DNA of 32,000 bases from Haloquadratum walsbyi C23 (GTDB taxonomy: Archaea > Halobacteriota > Halobacteria > Halobacteriales > Haloferacaceae), in contig NC_017459.1 in assembly GCF_000237865.1 (NCBI RefSeq), forward strand, positions 1,290,001 to 1,322,000, written 5' to 3'. The notes under the pieces were generated by a model, which made no database searches, was not told the origin of the DNA, and worked only from the letters and a program-made list of their open reading frames with translations. This document shows, in pieces, positions 1 to 9,441 of this stretch. The translations under genes and the position numbers were made by a program. How positions within the stretch are numbered: position 1 is the first letter of the stretch; every line of letters begins with the position of its first letter.

Positions 1-337
1 ACTATATCCGCTGGAACGACAGATATGAGTATGGGAGACGCCGCTGAACATGTGACAGAAGTCATCAATAAAAGAGTGATGTTCTCGGTTGAGTAAGCAT
101 TTGTGCGTTATAAATAGCAGCTTGTACGTGTGCGAGGAACACGACGATGCGTTCAACGCTGATGTGAATGGGGCGGAGAACATCCGCCTCAACATTAACG
201 ACGAAAGTAACTCCGAGTCTTCGGCCAGTTTGGACGAGGATAGGAGTACCGGCTGGTTGGCACAGCCCGGAGTCTACCTTCACGACTTGTCCAGCGGATT
301 CCAACCGCAGGGTCAAGTGGTAGACTGCAAACCCTAA
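1..337 (+). pseudogene. tnpB: 3' remnant of an IS200/IS605-family (IS1341-type) tnpB / RNA-guided nuclease gene
   Basis: ORF 89-337 carries a RuvC-III-like motif (NADVNGAENI) preceded by a degenerate Zn-finger region (SKHLCV...YVCEEH). Its frame is closed by stops upstream at about nt 26, 53 and 83. Frame 1 (1-93, ...EVINKRVMFSVE*) looks like the preceding segment, implying a frameshift. The gene runs off the window start. Confidence 0.5.
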
Positions 338-400
338 TATCCCAATCCAGCGGTGCGGTGCCGTGGGATTCCTCCGTGTTTACGCGAAGGAGGATGTCAA
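338..400 (+). ncRNA. Possible right-end / omega-RNA-like hairpin pair downstream of the tnpB remnant
   Basis: Two adjacent 6-bp stems lie directly after the tnpB stop: atccca (339-344) / tgggat (364-369) and tcctcc (370-375) / ggagga (389-394). TnpB guide RNAs are known to derive from the 3' end of the gene and the right element end. This call is inference only. Confidence 0.25.
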
Positions 401-651
401 CTGAGCAGCGATGACGCGGCAATTCCAGACGACATTACTCAGTTCACTCGCGATGAGTTCGAACATAGTTGCTACCCGAAGTGTGTCTAGTCTCTGAGTT
501 CGTGGGGACGTCTGATATAGAAGAGACATACAGACATCATGTGTCGTATTTATTCTGAGACTGCCCGTCTGTCATTAGCTATTGTTGAATACAGAGTTTG
601 TCTCTCGAATGAGGTCGTTATTCGGAGGGCAGTCTAAATCAGTTAGCCGAA

Positions 652-957
652 TCACCCACCAGAGATGACAAAGAGAACCGTCCCGAGACCGCAAAGACAG
701 ACAGCACCGACCAGCAACACCAGCCCTGTGGGAGGAATCGAAAACTCATCAGGGTCGGTTCGAAGTAACGTATCGACAGCGGCAAGCATCAGTCCACACC
801 CACCAATTGTCCGGATCAGTAACGGGAGACTCCACTCGCCACTGATGAGTGAGTACGCTGTTGGTCCTCCAATCAAAACTCCGCCAGCGACCAGTGTAGT
901 GGTATAGATATGCAATTGAAACCGTTGCATCTGTAGAATATGGATGTATCCATACAT
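652..957 (-). CDS. Small hydrophobic (2-3 TM) protein, distant member of the small-membrane paralog family at 6-7.4 kb
   Basis: 101-aa ORF with long hydrophobic runs (LVAGGVLIGG..., GLVLLVGAVCLCGLGTVLFVISGG) and the same architecture as ORFs 6041, 6660 and 7156. The start is uncertain. Confidence 0.4.
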   Translation of the reverse strand: MYGYIHILQMQRFQLHIYTTTLVAGGVLIGGPTAYSLISGEWSLPLLIRTIGGCGLMLAAVDTLLRTDPDEFSIPPTGLVLLVGAVCLCGLGTVLFVISGG

Positions 958-1762
958 ATTATCTCACAGTAATATAAATAACGCTCACCAATCACAAACA
1001 CAGAAACGCACAACTGAGGCTCTGTCTACAACACGATAGTTTGTTGATGATTTAGAGTTAATTGATATGATGAACGGCAACGTCACCGAAAGCACTCACT
1101 TTGTGGACCGATTCAGAGCGTGAGCTTCAGTTGTTACGTCGTCACCCTCACCCACTCAATTTCCATTTCGTGTCGTGGTTTGCGGCGTGATTGTGATCAC
1201 AGAATAAAGCCAACATAAACATAACCGCTCATGCGCCGACCGTTACGCTGAGAGCCCACAATAATCCTCATCGAGTGTCGATAACTCTGGGACAATCTCA
1301 AAGTGAGTGAGTCTAAAATATCTGGTCACGATGGATGAATTAGTGGTTTTCGGGCATGTTATCGACGAATTGAACACACGTGGTATCGACCACTCGTCCA
1401 TGTCCTCGGGTCACATGAAGAGACATACACGGATGTCTTAATGAGACGTAAGTCACATCACATCACATCACTATCGATGGTCGGCATCCCGATACACTTG
1501 GATTCACGAATACTGATCAACTGGGTTACTCCGTGAGATTGGGTAGACGCTGACATACCAGTTGGGCTTCATCGATTGAGTCGTGTGCCCCCGTTGGTGT
1601 TCCTGAAACACATAGGGTGTCAATATACTCAAAAGAACGTCAAAAACGCGGTAGTGTATCAGACGTGAAATACTATATGATAGTCATGTCCGCGAAAACA
1701 TGAGTATACAACAGTATTAATAGGTTGCTGTTATAATGTAATTGTATAGATTGTACACAACT

Positions 1763-2827
1763 GTGAATGTACTCATTACGTCAAACTTCACTGAATCCGG
1801 AATTGAGCGATTGACAGAGCTTGGATTTGATGTCAATTTTGATCCAATTGAAACCAGAGACGGACGGATGCCGGTCGATACGCTGACACAGCGTTTGGAA
1901 GGTGTCGACATCTTTATTTCTGGGTTTGAGGGTGTGCCAGCTGAACTCATGGATGCTGCCGATGATCTCAAATTAATCGCCTGTCCGCGGGGTGGTCCTG
2001 AAGCCAGCGTGGATATCAGTGCCGCAACTGATCGTGGAATTCCTGTCCTGTATGCACCGGGCAGAAACGCAGAGACTGTTGCCGATCACACAATGGGATT
2101 ACTGTTGGCTGCAACGAGAAATATTGCACAGGCTCATCATCGACTACGGATGGGCAGAGATACTGGTACCCCACAGGAAGACGCCGCAGCAGGTGGAGAG
2201 CGTGAAGATGTAACGTGGGGAATCGGATCCGAATCACCATACACAACGCTTCGGGGACCAGAGCTTCGCGATCGGACAATCGGCATTGTTGGCTTCAGTC
2301 GGATTGGACGGCGAGTCGCGAAGCGAGCCGGTGACGGCTTTGGGATGGATGTCCGTGCATATGACCCGTTTGTTGACCACGTTGAGATGGAACCATTCCA
2401 GGTCGATAAAGTGACAGATGTTCAATCATTATGTCAACAGAGTGACGTGGTCAGTCTTCATGCCGCAGTTGCACCAGGTTCACGCAATATGATTGGTCCG
2501 GCAGAGTTCGCGGCAATGCCTGGTGATGGATACTTCGTCAACACGGCACGGGCTGCGCTCATTGAGGACGGCGCGCTCATTGAAGCGCTCAGGACCGACG
2601 AAATACAAGCCGCAGCACTCGATGTGTACCCCGAGGAGCCAATTGCTGAAGACAACCCGCTATTAGAGATGGAAAACGTCGTCACAACACCGCATATCGC
2701 CTCAGCGTCGCAGGATGTCATCGAACGGCATAGTGAACTGACCGTGAATGATATTACGGCGCTTCTCAACGATGAACAGCCCATGCACGTTGTCAATCCT
2801 GAGACGCTGACAGAGTTTACGCTCTGA
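1763..2827 (+). CDS. D-isomer-specific 2-hydroxyacid dehydrogenase (phosphoglycerate-dehydrogenase-like), NAD-binding
   Basis: Rossmann motif GIVGFSRIGRRVAKRA. Catalytic-region motifs VNTARAALIEDGAL and TPHIASAS (Arg/Glu/His triad positions). The track ORF starts at TTG 1742; GTG 1763 (MNVLITSNF...) looks like the more typical N-terminus. Confidence 0.88.
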   Translation: MNVLITSNFTESGIERLTELGFDVNFDPIETRDGRMPVDTLTQRLEGVDIFISGFEGVPAELMDAADDLKLIACPRGGPEASVDISAATDRGIPVLYAPGRNAETVADHTMGLLLAATRNIAQAHHRLRMGRDTGTPQEDAAAGGEREDVTWGIGSESPYTTLRGPELRDRTIGIVGFSRIGRRVAKRAGDGFGMDVRAYDPFVDHVEMEPFQVDKVTDVQSLCQQSDVVSLHAAVAPGSRNMIGPAEFAAMPGDGYFVNTARAALIEDGALIEALRTDEIQAAALDVYPEEPIAEDNPLLEMENVVTTPHIASASQDVIERHSELTVNDITALLNDEQPMHVVNPETLTEFTL

Positions 2828-3038
2828 GCGAGAACAGAGCCACCAGCGCGTGCCTGACCTCATGAGTCACGTTGAATCGCTGAGATTCATACCTACTTCT
2901 ATTGTGATTACGAGTACAGATAGCAGATCATCTACTGTGTCACCAAATCGAGTTCGAGTGTCATCAGTCCCCGAGTATCCGCATTCAATTGAATTAATTC
3001 ATCTCATGCATGTGTAGCAAAATCCATCCTCCTGGGGG

Positions 3039-3458
3039 TCATGTATCGGCATTATTATTATCTCCATCAGATGACTCCGATGTCACTGGCACTGGATTAA
3101 AATCAGTATCAATATCTATGCTCATGTGCTCTTGAACAAACTCGTGTGTGCGCGTTTCAAGTTCATCTGCATCATACTCTGCTGTCATTTCAATCGCCTG
3201 CACCCACTCTCCATCTTCTTCGGAGAATGCAACTGTGGTGCCGTGTTCTTCGGTGACGTGAATGAGACTGTATACACGCAGTGCCTCATACACATGCAGG
3301 AAATCACCGGCTTCATCGATCTCATCAAATGGCGCCAATGTATCATCTGGAAACACCTTCATCGTCGTCAACGGTGATACCTCTCCTGAGTCAACCAGCG
3401 CCTCCACTTCATCCACCTCAGGGGGTTTGAGTGGACGACTGGGGAGTGAATCAATCAT
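3039..3458 (-). CDS. Acidic hypothetical protein (139 aa from internal ATG)
   Basis: The ORF is open from 3524. ATG at 3456-3458 (MIDSLPSRPLKPPEV...) overlaps the stop of the upstream 80-aa ORF (ATGATTGA, 3451-3458). Very D/E-rich, and I recognise no family. Confidence 0.4.
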   Translation of the reverse strand: MIDSLPSRPLKPPEVDEVEALVDSGEVSPLTTMKVFPDDTLAPFDEIDEAGDFLHVYEALRVYSLIHVTEEHGTTVAFSEEDGEWVQAIEMTAEYDADELETRTHEFVQEHMSIDIDTDFNPVPVTSESSDGDNNNADT

Positions 3459-3693
3459 CTGTCTCCTCGCATGTATTATCTGCCAACTCAGACAACCCAG
3501 CGTATATGTCCCACACGTGTTCATGCTTCATCAGCCGAGTGAGCATATCCCGCGTACACTGGCGTGAATATGCTGTCTCATCGGTAGGGTATGATGCTGT
3601 GACATGTCCATCTGCTTGTATTGGATACACCATTTCGTTCGTTGAAGTCAAATGATCCGACTCTACCGTCAAGTCAGTAGTTGTGAGACTCAT
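3451..3693 (-). CDS. Small hypothetical protein (80 aa), translationally coupled to 3039-3458
   Basis: ATG at 3691-3693. The stop overlaps the downstream start by 8 nt. No recognisable motif. Confidence 0.3.
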   Translation of the reverse strand: MSLTTTDLTVESDHLTSTNEMVYPIQADGHVTASYPTDETAYSRQCTRDMLTRLMKHEHVWDIYAGLSELADNTCEETDD

Positions 3694-3914
3694 ATCCTCT
3701 GATACACAAAAACCGATTGTGACCCTTAGGTCTGTGCTCTTGGATTCTAGGTTTTGATATGCAGTGATATGTGCTTCTCACTCACTCGATGAGATGCTAA
3801 GACAAATCTGCTGAATAGGATAGCGCGCTAAGACGGGGATTGATGCCTGAATATATCCAAAAACCGATAATATTAGTCGAATGACTTTTGACTGCGGGAT
3901 TATGACTGTTGCGC

Positions 3915-4541
3915 ATGAAGTCTCAAACACACGTCACATTCGTGCTAGACTCGTCGGGATCAATGTCAAAAATCGCCGACGACACCCGTGGTGGATTTAA
4001 CACGTTTCTGATGGAGCAACGCGAAGAGGAGGGTGAGGCGGCGGTGACGCTGTATGACTTCGATAGCACCGTCGAGTTGGTGTACCGGGGGTCGGAAATC
4101 GCCGATGCCGAAACGCTGGACACCGATAATTACCGCCCGGGTGGCAAGACCGCTTTACACGACGCTATCGCACGAGCGATTGATGAAACTGACGACTACA
4201 TCGCGGCTGCGGACGTCGAGAATGTTATTATCGTGGTGTTGACCGATGGCAAAGAGAACGCTTCCGAAACACCCCAGAACGTTGTCCGCGAGCGGGTTGA
4301 GGAGTATCGTGAGGAGCACGGTTGGGAATTCCTGTTTATTGGCGCGAACCAAGACGCGGCGCTCACCGCCGAACAGATGGGAATGGACCGCGACAGATCT
4401 CTGGACATGGCTCATGACGGTGATGGCGCCGAAGCAGCCCACAGGTCAGTCTCGGAAAGTATCTCCCAAGCCCGCAATCAAGGGACGACCGGCGGATTCA
4501 ATCGGAAAGACCGCCAGCGTCAGGAACGCACAGAAGACTGA
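3915..4541 (+). CDS. von Willebrand factor type A (vWA) domain protein
   Basis: MIDAS motif VLDSSGSMS near the N-terminus, followed by GGKTALHDAI and IIVVLTDGKEN. ATG at 3915 (the track ORF begins at TTG 3909). Confidence 0.85.
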   Translation: MKSQTHVTFVLDSSGSMSKIADDTRGGFNTFLMEQREEEGEAAVTLYDFDSTVELVYRGSEIADAETLDTDNYRPGGKTALHDAIARAIDETDDYIAAADVENVIIVVLTDGKENASETPQNVVRERVEEYREEHGWEFLFIGANQDAALTAEQMGMDRDRSLDMAHDGDGAEAAHRSVSESISQARNQGTTGGFNRKDRQRQERTED

Positions 4542-4580
4542 AAGAGCACAGACGCCACGGGGTGGTTCATCTCGGCGGAA

Positions 4581-4937
4581 ATGACACAGGCGAGCACAGA
4601 GCGCGTCCATATATTGCTGGCGGCGGGCGCGTTGGATTCCGAGTCGCTGGTCACAGGGCAGTTTCTCGACGGTGCTGATCTTTCAGAGAAGAGTCTCGTG
4701 ATTTTCGGAGCAGGGGGAGATCGGATAACCACTTCTGAGACGCGACTGGAAGCCGGTAAACGATACATCATCGCGGCTGACCCTGATGTTGCGGATGCCA
4801 TCCTCTCGACGTTCCGCGGCGAATCCCTCCCCCGGAGCCTCTGCCCGGTAGATACACGATGCTGTCGTCACGGCGACACTGCTAGTGTCTGCCTGGCTGC
4901 TCGCGTACCGGAACCTGATTGGAGTGTGACTTCTTGA
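4581..4937 (+). CDS. Hypothetical protein (118 aa), possibly co-transcribed with the vWA gene
   Basis: ATG lies 40 nt after the vWA stop. The first ~85 aa look protein-like, while the Cys/Arg-rich tail looks non-native. The region is GC-rich, so long ORFs occur in several frames. Confidence 0.3.
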   Translation: MTQASTERVHILLAAGALDSESLVTGQFLDGADLSEKSLVIFGAGGDRITTSETRLEAGKRYIIAADPDVADAILSTFRGESLPRSLCPVDTRCCRHGDTASVCLAARVPEPDWSVTS

Positions 4938-5074
4938 TATCCAGGATGATGTATCGCGGTTCAAGCCGACGACCTCGGGGCTTGACCCCGGTGTTCACTC
5001 TGAAGTGATTTCTGTGACAATCTGAGGATTATCATAACCATGATAACTTGCCGTTGCAACCATCGAATTGAGGC

Positions 5075-5326
5075 ATGTCCACACTCGTAGGGAGACTCAG
5101 TTCTCGATTGCTCTCGACAGATGATGCTAAATGGAATCACCCACGAATCGCGAGGATGCTCATGGCTATCCTCACACCCATTCTTCTTATCGGTGGATGG
5201 GGTATCGGTCTGGTTGCTCAACATTCTGTGATATTTGGGGGGATTCCACCGATTATCTTCGGAATAGCAACCCTTTTGATTGGATTTATACTTCTTGCTC
5301 TCCTTGATTATGTCTTGTCTGGATAG
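5075..5326 (+). CDS. Small membrane protein (83 aa, 2 TM)
   Basis: Hydrophobic segments MLMAILTPILLIGGWGIGLVA and IIFGIATLLIGFILLALLDYV. Confidence 0.4.
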   Translation: MSTLVGRLSSRLLSTDDAKWNHPRIARMLMAILTPILLIGGWGIGLVAQHSVIFGGIPPIIFGIATLLIGFILLALLDYVLSG

Positions 5327-5484
5327 AAAAAACAGGTTGTGAGAGAATCTTCACGCTTAGAGCCTGGAGATATCATTGATTATATCTCGTAATAATGATG
5401 TCCGTGAGGTATGATTTGACTATCTCTCGCTTCATTGATACAAAAAATGAGAATCCGGGATGACACGAACTGACCGAGTACTTA

Positions 5485-5856
5485 TTATTTCTTCCGGCGA
5501 GACATCCGTGCGCGAGCCTGTCTTCCGCTACTGGACCCAGATCTCCCGCCTGCTGGAGATGTTCGGATGGTAAATGAGTGGGACTGTGAGTTGCTTTTAG
5601 TCCCAAGATTCCCTGCACTGTCACTAACTGTGGCTGTTGAACTGACACTCGGCTGGCGGGGTTCGACTTCATCAGCGCGGTCGACAAGCCGAGCAATAAA
5701 ATATCCTCCCTTATCTACCAACTGAACCTCAAGGGTATCTCCGATATCACCAGCAGGCACATGAATACTCTTGCCAGCATGCTGCTGCTGAGCAATTGGA
5801 TTGCCGCTGTTACTAATACGATCAACCGTCACAGTTTCCGTGTGAGATGTTACCAT
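5485..5856 (-). CDS. TRAM-like small beta-barrel domain protein with a disordered basic tail
   Basis: The N-terminal pattern VTVDRISNSGNPIAQQQHAGKSIHVPAGDIGDTLEVQLVDKGGYFIARLV matches the TRAM-type V.V..I...G..IA....I.V..G..GD...V.L.K..Y.A pattern. The C-terminus is low-complexity S/G/R-rich. Confidence 0.45.
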   Translation of the reverse strand: MVTSHTETVTVDRISNSGNPIAQQQHAGKSIHVPAGDIGDTLEVQLVDKGGYFIARLVDRADEVEPRQPSVSSTATVSDSAGNLGTKSNSQSHSFTIRTSPAGGRSGSSSGRQARARMSRRKK

Positions 5857-6040
5857 TCACCTTGGTTATGTTTTGCATCTTATATAAATCTATTGCACAA
5901 TTAATACAGAAGACATCATCAAATAACTACGTGCGTAGTGCAGCATGAGCAGGCTTCACGGTGGTCGTGTTTGCTCTCACTGACCGATCACATCGCTGGT
6001 ATGTATAGAATTAATAATTAATCCGCTGATCTGATTCAAT

Positions 6041-6343
6041 TTAATTGCACACTCCACAGGAACTCAGAGCGAAAATGTAATCCTGAATAAATATAGCGAC
6101 ACTCGACACGAGTGTCATGAGTGCCATTGCAGTCACAACCCAAATAACCCACTCAGAGGGGAGTAACTCAGACCGATCAGATGTCGTCACCCACTCATAG
6201 CTCACGCTGAATACAACCCCGATTCCACTGATGAGAAATAGTATGCTCGTGAGACCTGTGTCTGACAACCCGATACGAATCAATCCACCACCACAAATCA
6301 CCATTGATATATAATAGAGCAGAAGCGAACGATTCATTTTCAT
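6041..6343 (-). CDS. Small membrane protein, paralog family member
   Basis: MNRSLLLYY...CGGG...YEWVTTSDRSELLPSEWVIWVVTAM aligns with ORF 6660 (MNKSLLYHG...CGG...YQWKTMSDPSVELPADWVVWVMTVM). The true start is probably the second Met (6337). Confidence 0.55.
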   Translation of the reverse strand: MKMNRSLLLYYISMVICGGGLIRIGLSDTGLTSILFLISGIGVVFSVSYEWVTTSDRSELLPSEWVIWVVTAMALMTLVSSVAIFIQDYIFALSSCGVCN

Positions 6344-6659
6344 CTGAAAGTGAACGCGGCTATCAGTAATTGAAGACAGTCAGCTGTTCAATCTGTTGGA
6401 CGTCTTCTGTGTGAAACACACGTGTCATCACGGGGTGGGAATCCTCTGTGGGGTGTTGAGTATAAGCAGTAACAATTCCGTGAGAGGGTTGTGATTGATG
6501 TGTATTCGCCGTGTGGATTTTACTCAGCGTTTGCATCGATGAATCGATATCAAACAACAAATAGCAAACAGCAAATAGCAATCGTCTCTTCTATCAGAAT
6601 GGGATATCGCTTAGCGAGTATGACACAAATCAGAGTTATTGAACCTGTAAGGTGTGATG

Positions 6660-6926
6660 TTATCCAACTCCGAGCACAGTGATGGCTATGAAGCCAATCG
6701 AGATGAATGTCATCACAGTCATTACCCACACAACCCAGTCTGCGGGGAGTTCAACAGACGGATCAGACATCGTCTTCCACTGATATCCACCGACAAGAAT
6801 CACTCCAACGCCAAACAGAACGGACAGTACTCTGTTGAATTCCGTCCCTATCTCCGTCGCTCCGAGAAGTACGAGCACTCCGCCACAACTTAGCAGTGAT
6901 CCATGATACAACAACGACTTGTTCAC
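6660..6926 (-). CDS. Small membrane protein, paralog family member
   Basis: See 6041-6343. Clear residue-level similarity and the same TM layout. Confidence 0.55.
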   Translation of the reverse strand: MNKSLLYHGSLLSCGGVLVLLGATEIGTEFNRVLSVLFGVGVILVGGYQWKTMSDPSVELPADWVVWVMTVMTFISIGFIAITVLGVG

Positions 6927-7155
6927 ACTGGCGGATATTGACGATACATCATATTTCTTGTGCTAGATGTCTCTCTCTCTCGATGAGAATCCAGATGACT
7001 CTCTCTCGTGACGAATGGAAAGACATTATTAACTGTTCAGGACAACGTAAAGAGGACTTCTTTCTTCGAACAGAGTATGACTATGCTATGAGATACCTGA
7101 TTGACCTCTTTGACCCGTCCAAGTGGTGCGTTCCACGAGTCAGCACCGAGTTACA

Positions 7156-7419
7156 CTAGAGAAAGAATGATAACAAAGAGACTACCACGCCAATCAGAAG
7201 CATAGCAAGGAGAATACGACTCCTAAGGGGGCTTAATTCTTCCTCAGGGATTGCCTCAGGCTCATAAAATCCAGAGATGAGTGCACCGCTCAGACAGGTC
7301 AGTGCAAGGGTTGCAACACCCAGCGCTACCGATGATAGCCCCGATTCACTCAAAGCCATCTGTCCCATCCAGAGACTCATAACAAGCATCGAAACGGCAA
7401 GTCCTGAGCGACGATTCAC
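7156..7419 (-). CDS. Small membrane protein, more distant paralog
   Basis: MNRRSGLAV... N-terminus, two to three hydrophobic segments separated by an acidic loop (EPEAIPEEELSP), and the same size and orientation as its neighbours. Confidence 0.45.
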   Translation of the reverse strand: MNRRSGLAVSMLVMSLWMGQMALSESGLSSVALGVATLALTCLSGALISGFYEPEAIPEEELSPLRSRILLAMLLIGVVVSLLSFFL

Positions 7420-7974
7420 ACCTCTTTCCTCGCCTAGCTATGCATATAATTGTGGTGTGGACGCTAGAGTCACTCGGGATGCTCACATTGTCATATCTCA
7501 GGATTTACTCTCTCAACATGCTGACCTTTCCGATTGATATACTCTCGTGTCTATATCCTAAATCGGTGAGAGCTGCATTTTCTTGTTACTCAAATGAAAC
7601 TGAATATATCAGGTTTTGAATTGCTCATTAAATAAATAATAAATCAATTTGAGTACGTAACTGAGATATATATCGTAGGCATGAGACGTGAATCAGCGTT
7701 TACATAGGAGGGAAGAGTCAATTAAGAAGTATCTTGAATATGATCGCGGTTGATACAGACGAAACAGAACCGGAGCAGTGCGGGCGAGCGTAACATAATT
7801 TTGCTTTTGATCACCCTCAAGACTGCTCTAGTTTGTACTCCGCATCCTACATCATAGGAGCGACCGTCGAAGCCGTTGCTTGGGCTTATACTGACTCAAT
7901 TCGTTTAGTCCTATACATTCTGCCAGTGGACTTATGTAGTTTAGTTAGAAGATTTGGATGAGACTATCTACTCA

Positions 7975-8301
7975 ATGACTTGGAAAGAGGATATCCGAGA
8001 AGAACTGATTCGGTATCAAGAAGAGAAAGAACAGCGACAGTTCCGATTACACGATTTCTATGATTACTCAGAGCAGCGACTAGCCTCAAAGCACCCACGA
8101 AATAATCACGTTCGGGCAAAGATTAGACAAGTTCTCCAACAACTGCGGGATGCTGATGAGATTAAATTCGTTGATGATGCAGGAACGTATCATGCTAATG
8201 CCGTTGAGGATTCGGATGAGTCGCAGCAACAAGATACCAATAAGAAAAGCATGGAAATTGGAATTCTTGAACAGATGGAGGGTGAGTTTGAAGATATTTA
8301 A
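7975..8301 (+). CDS. Small stand-alone winged-helix-like protein (DpnI-C / Dam-replacing-protein-type HTH, tentative)
   Basis: The segment HPRNNHVRAKIRQVLQQLRDADEIKFVDDAGTYH resembles the ..KIRQqLQ.LRD.G.i.F...G.Y motif I recall at the C-terminal winged helix of DpnI/DRP-type restriction proteins. The track ORF starts at TTG 7954; the first in-frame ATG is 7975. Confidence 0.45.
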   Translation: MTWKEDIREELIRYQEEKEQRQFRLHDFYDYSEQRLASKHPRNNHVRAKIRQVLQQLRDADEIKFVDDAGTYHANAVEDSDESQQQDTNKKSMEIGILEQMEGEFEDI

Positions 8302-9441
8302 TTATGATCAGGAGTAAAATTCTTTCGACTGCATACAAATATTTTGAGTTTAATTCAGACAGTAGGACAGATGGATGCAATTGAGGTGTGTCTATTGAGA
8401 AATTGTATCTCACAAAGCCATCGATCCACTTGATACTTACAATACATAATCTGCTGGTTAAACCCCCTAACATCACAGTTCGATAAGGAATTAATCCTGC
8501 GCTGCTTAGGGAGTATTAATTTTTTATTAGATATACTCAAGCATTTTGACCTGGTTAAACCGGGTTGCTCTCATTTTAAATATTCTTGACATATGAAATG
8601 AGAGTATCTAAATTTGATTCAAACTCGCTGGCGAATGACATCGGGGACGTGACAGTATCGGTCGTCGCTGGCGGCGAATAGCGCATGAGCGGAGGGCATG
8701 ATATCTCACTGGGTCGTTATTTGCCTGGCGCAAACAGTTCTGGGGCTACTTGAACGCATCCACTTCGCTGTCACCACGGCAGCGCTGTTGACCCCTGATT
8801 GGGTGCTCCCGTGATATGATCTCATGATACTGTGACCTCTCTACCAATCAGGATTGGAGGACCCGTGATATGGTTCAAAAAGATGTCGAGAAATGAGTAA
8901 GGTGGGGTGTCTCGAAGTGCATACGACTCCTACTCATGTGTGATAAGAATGGTCATCGTCTGCGACTGACTCCGGAGTTGATGACCCAGAATGCTCAGTC
9001 ATTCTCCGGGTATTGAACAGTTTGAAACACTTGTTCGAATCACTCGCCCCGATAGGAGATCGACGACTCAGTTGTTTGCTATGTTGTGGCAATTTATGCC
9101 GGTGAAACCTGAGGAGTTAATATTGCTACTGGCGTCCCGTTAGGGGGCCACAACATAACTTTAATATCAATATCTCTATCAGATGCTCCCCGGACCTTGC
9201 CGACAACACCGTCCAGACCCCCATCACTGAAATGTTGAGTCTTTGGAAACCGGACGTAATCAGTTCCACATGCTATTATACATCTGTTCTAATCACTGAC
9301 CCTATGTGCCCACATGTCTTGTGCGAGTTTATTAAACACATTTGCGCTCACTTGGATTGTTTTCTTTTCAATCATAGCCAGAATCTAATTTCACTGTGAT
9401 TTAGACAATCATATAGAAGGAGTTACTATTATCTGAATGAT

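Noticed and set aside
89-337. 82-aa ORF taken at face value as an intact small gene
   Set aside because: Its content is the C-terminal RuvC-III region of TnpB, and its 'Met' lies inside that domain. It is better explained as a remnant of a larger disrupted gene.
1454-1471. (CACAT/ACATC)x3 microsatellite in the 960-1740 intergenic region
   Set aside because: It has only about three units, too short to call a functional repeat or a phase-variation tract.
4246-4584. 112-aa alternative-frame ORF overlapping the vWA gene
   Set aside because: It is an Arg/Ser/Thr-rich translation of the +1 frame of a CDS with a clear MIDAS motif. Nothing supports dual coding.
8454-8561. 11-nt direct repeat ctggttaaacc at 8454-8464 and 8551-8561, a possible att-like site
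   Set aside because: Roughly one such close 11-mer pair is expected by chance in a 32-kb window, and no integrase or tRNA is nearby.
9033-9041. gttcgaatc, a tRNA T-loop-like string
   Set aside because: The flanking bases do not form a T-stem (acttg vs cactc are not complementary), and no acceptor or anticodon arms can be drawn. I recognised no tRNA in the window.
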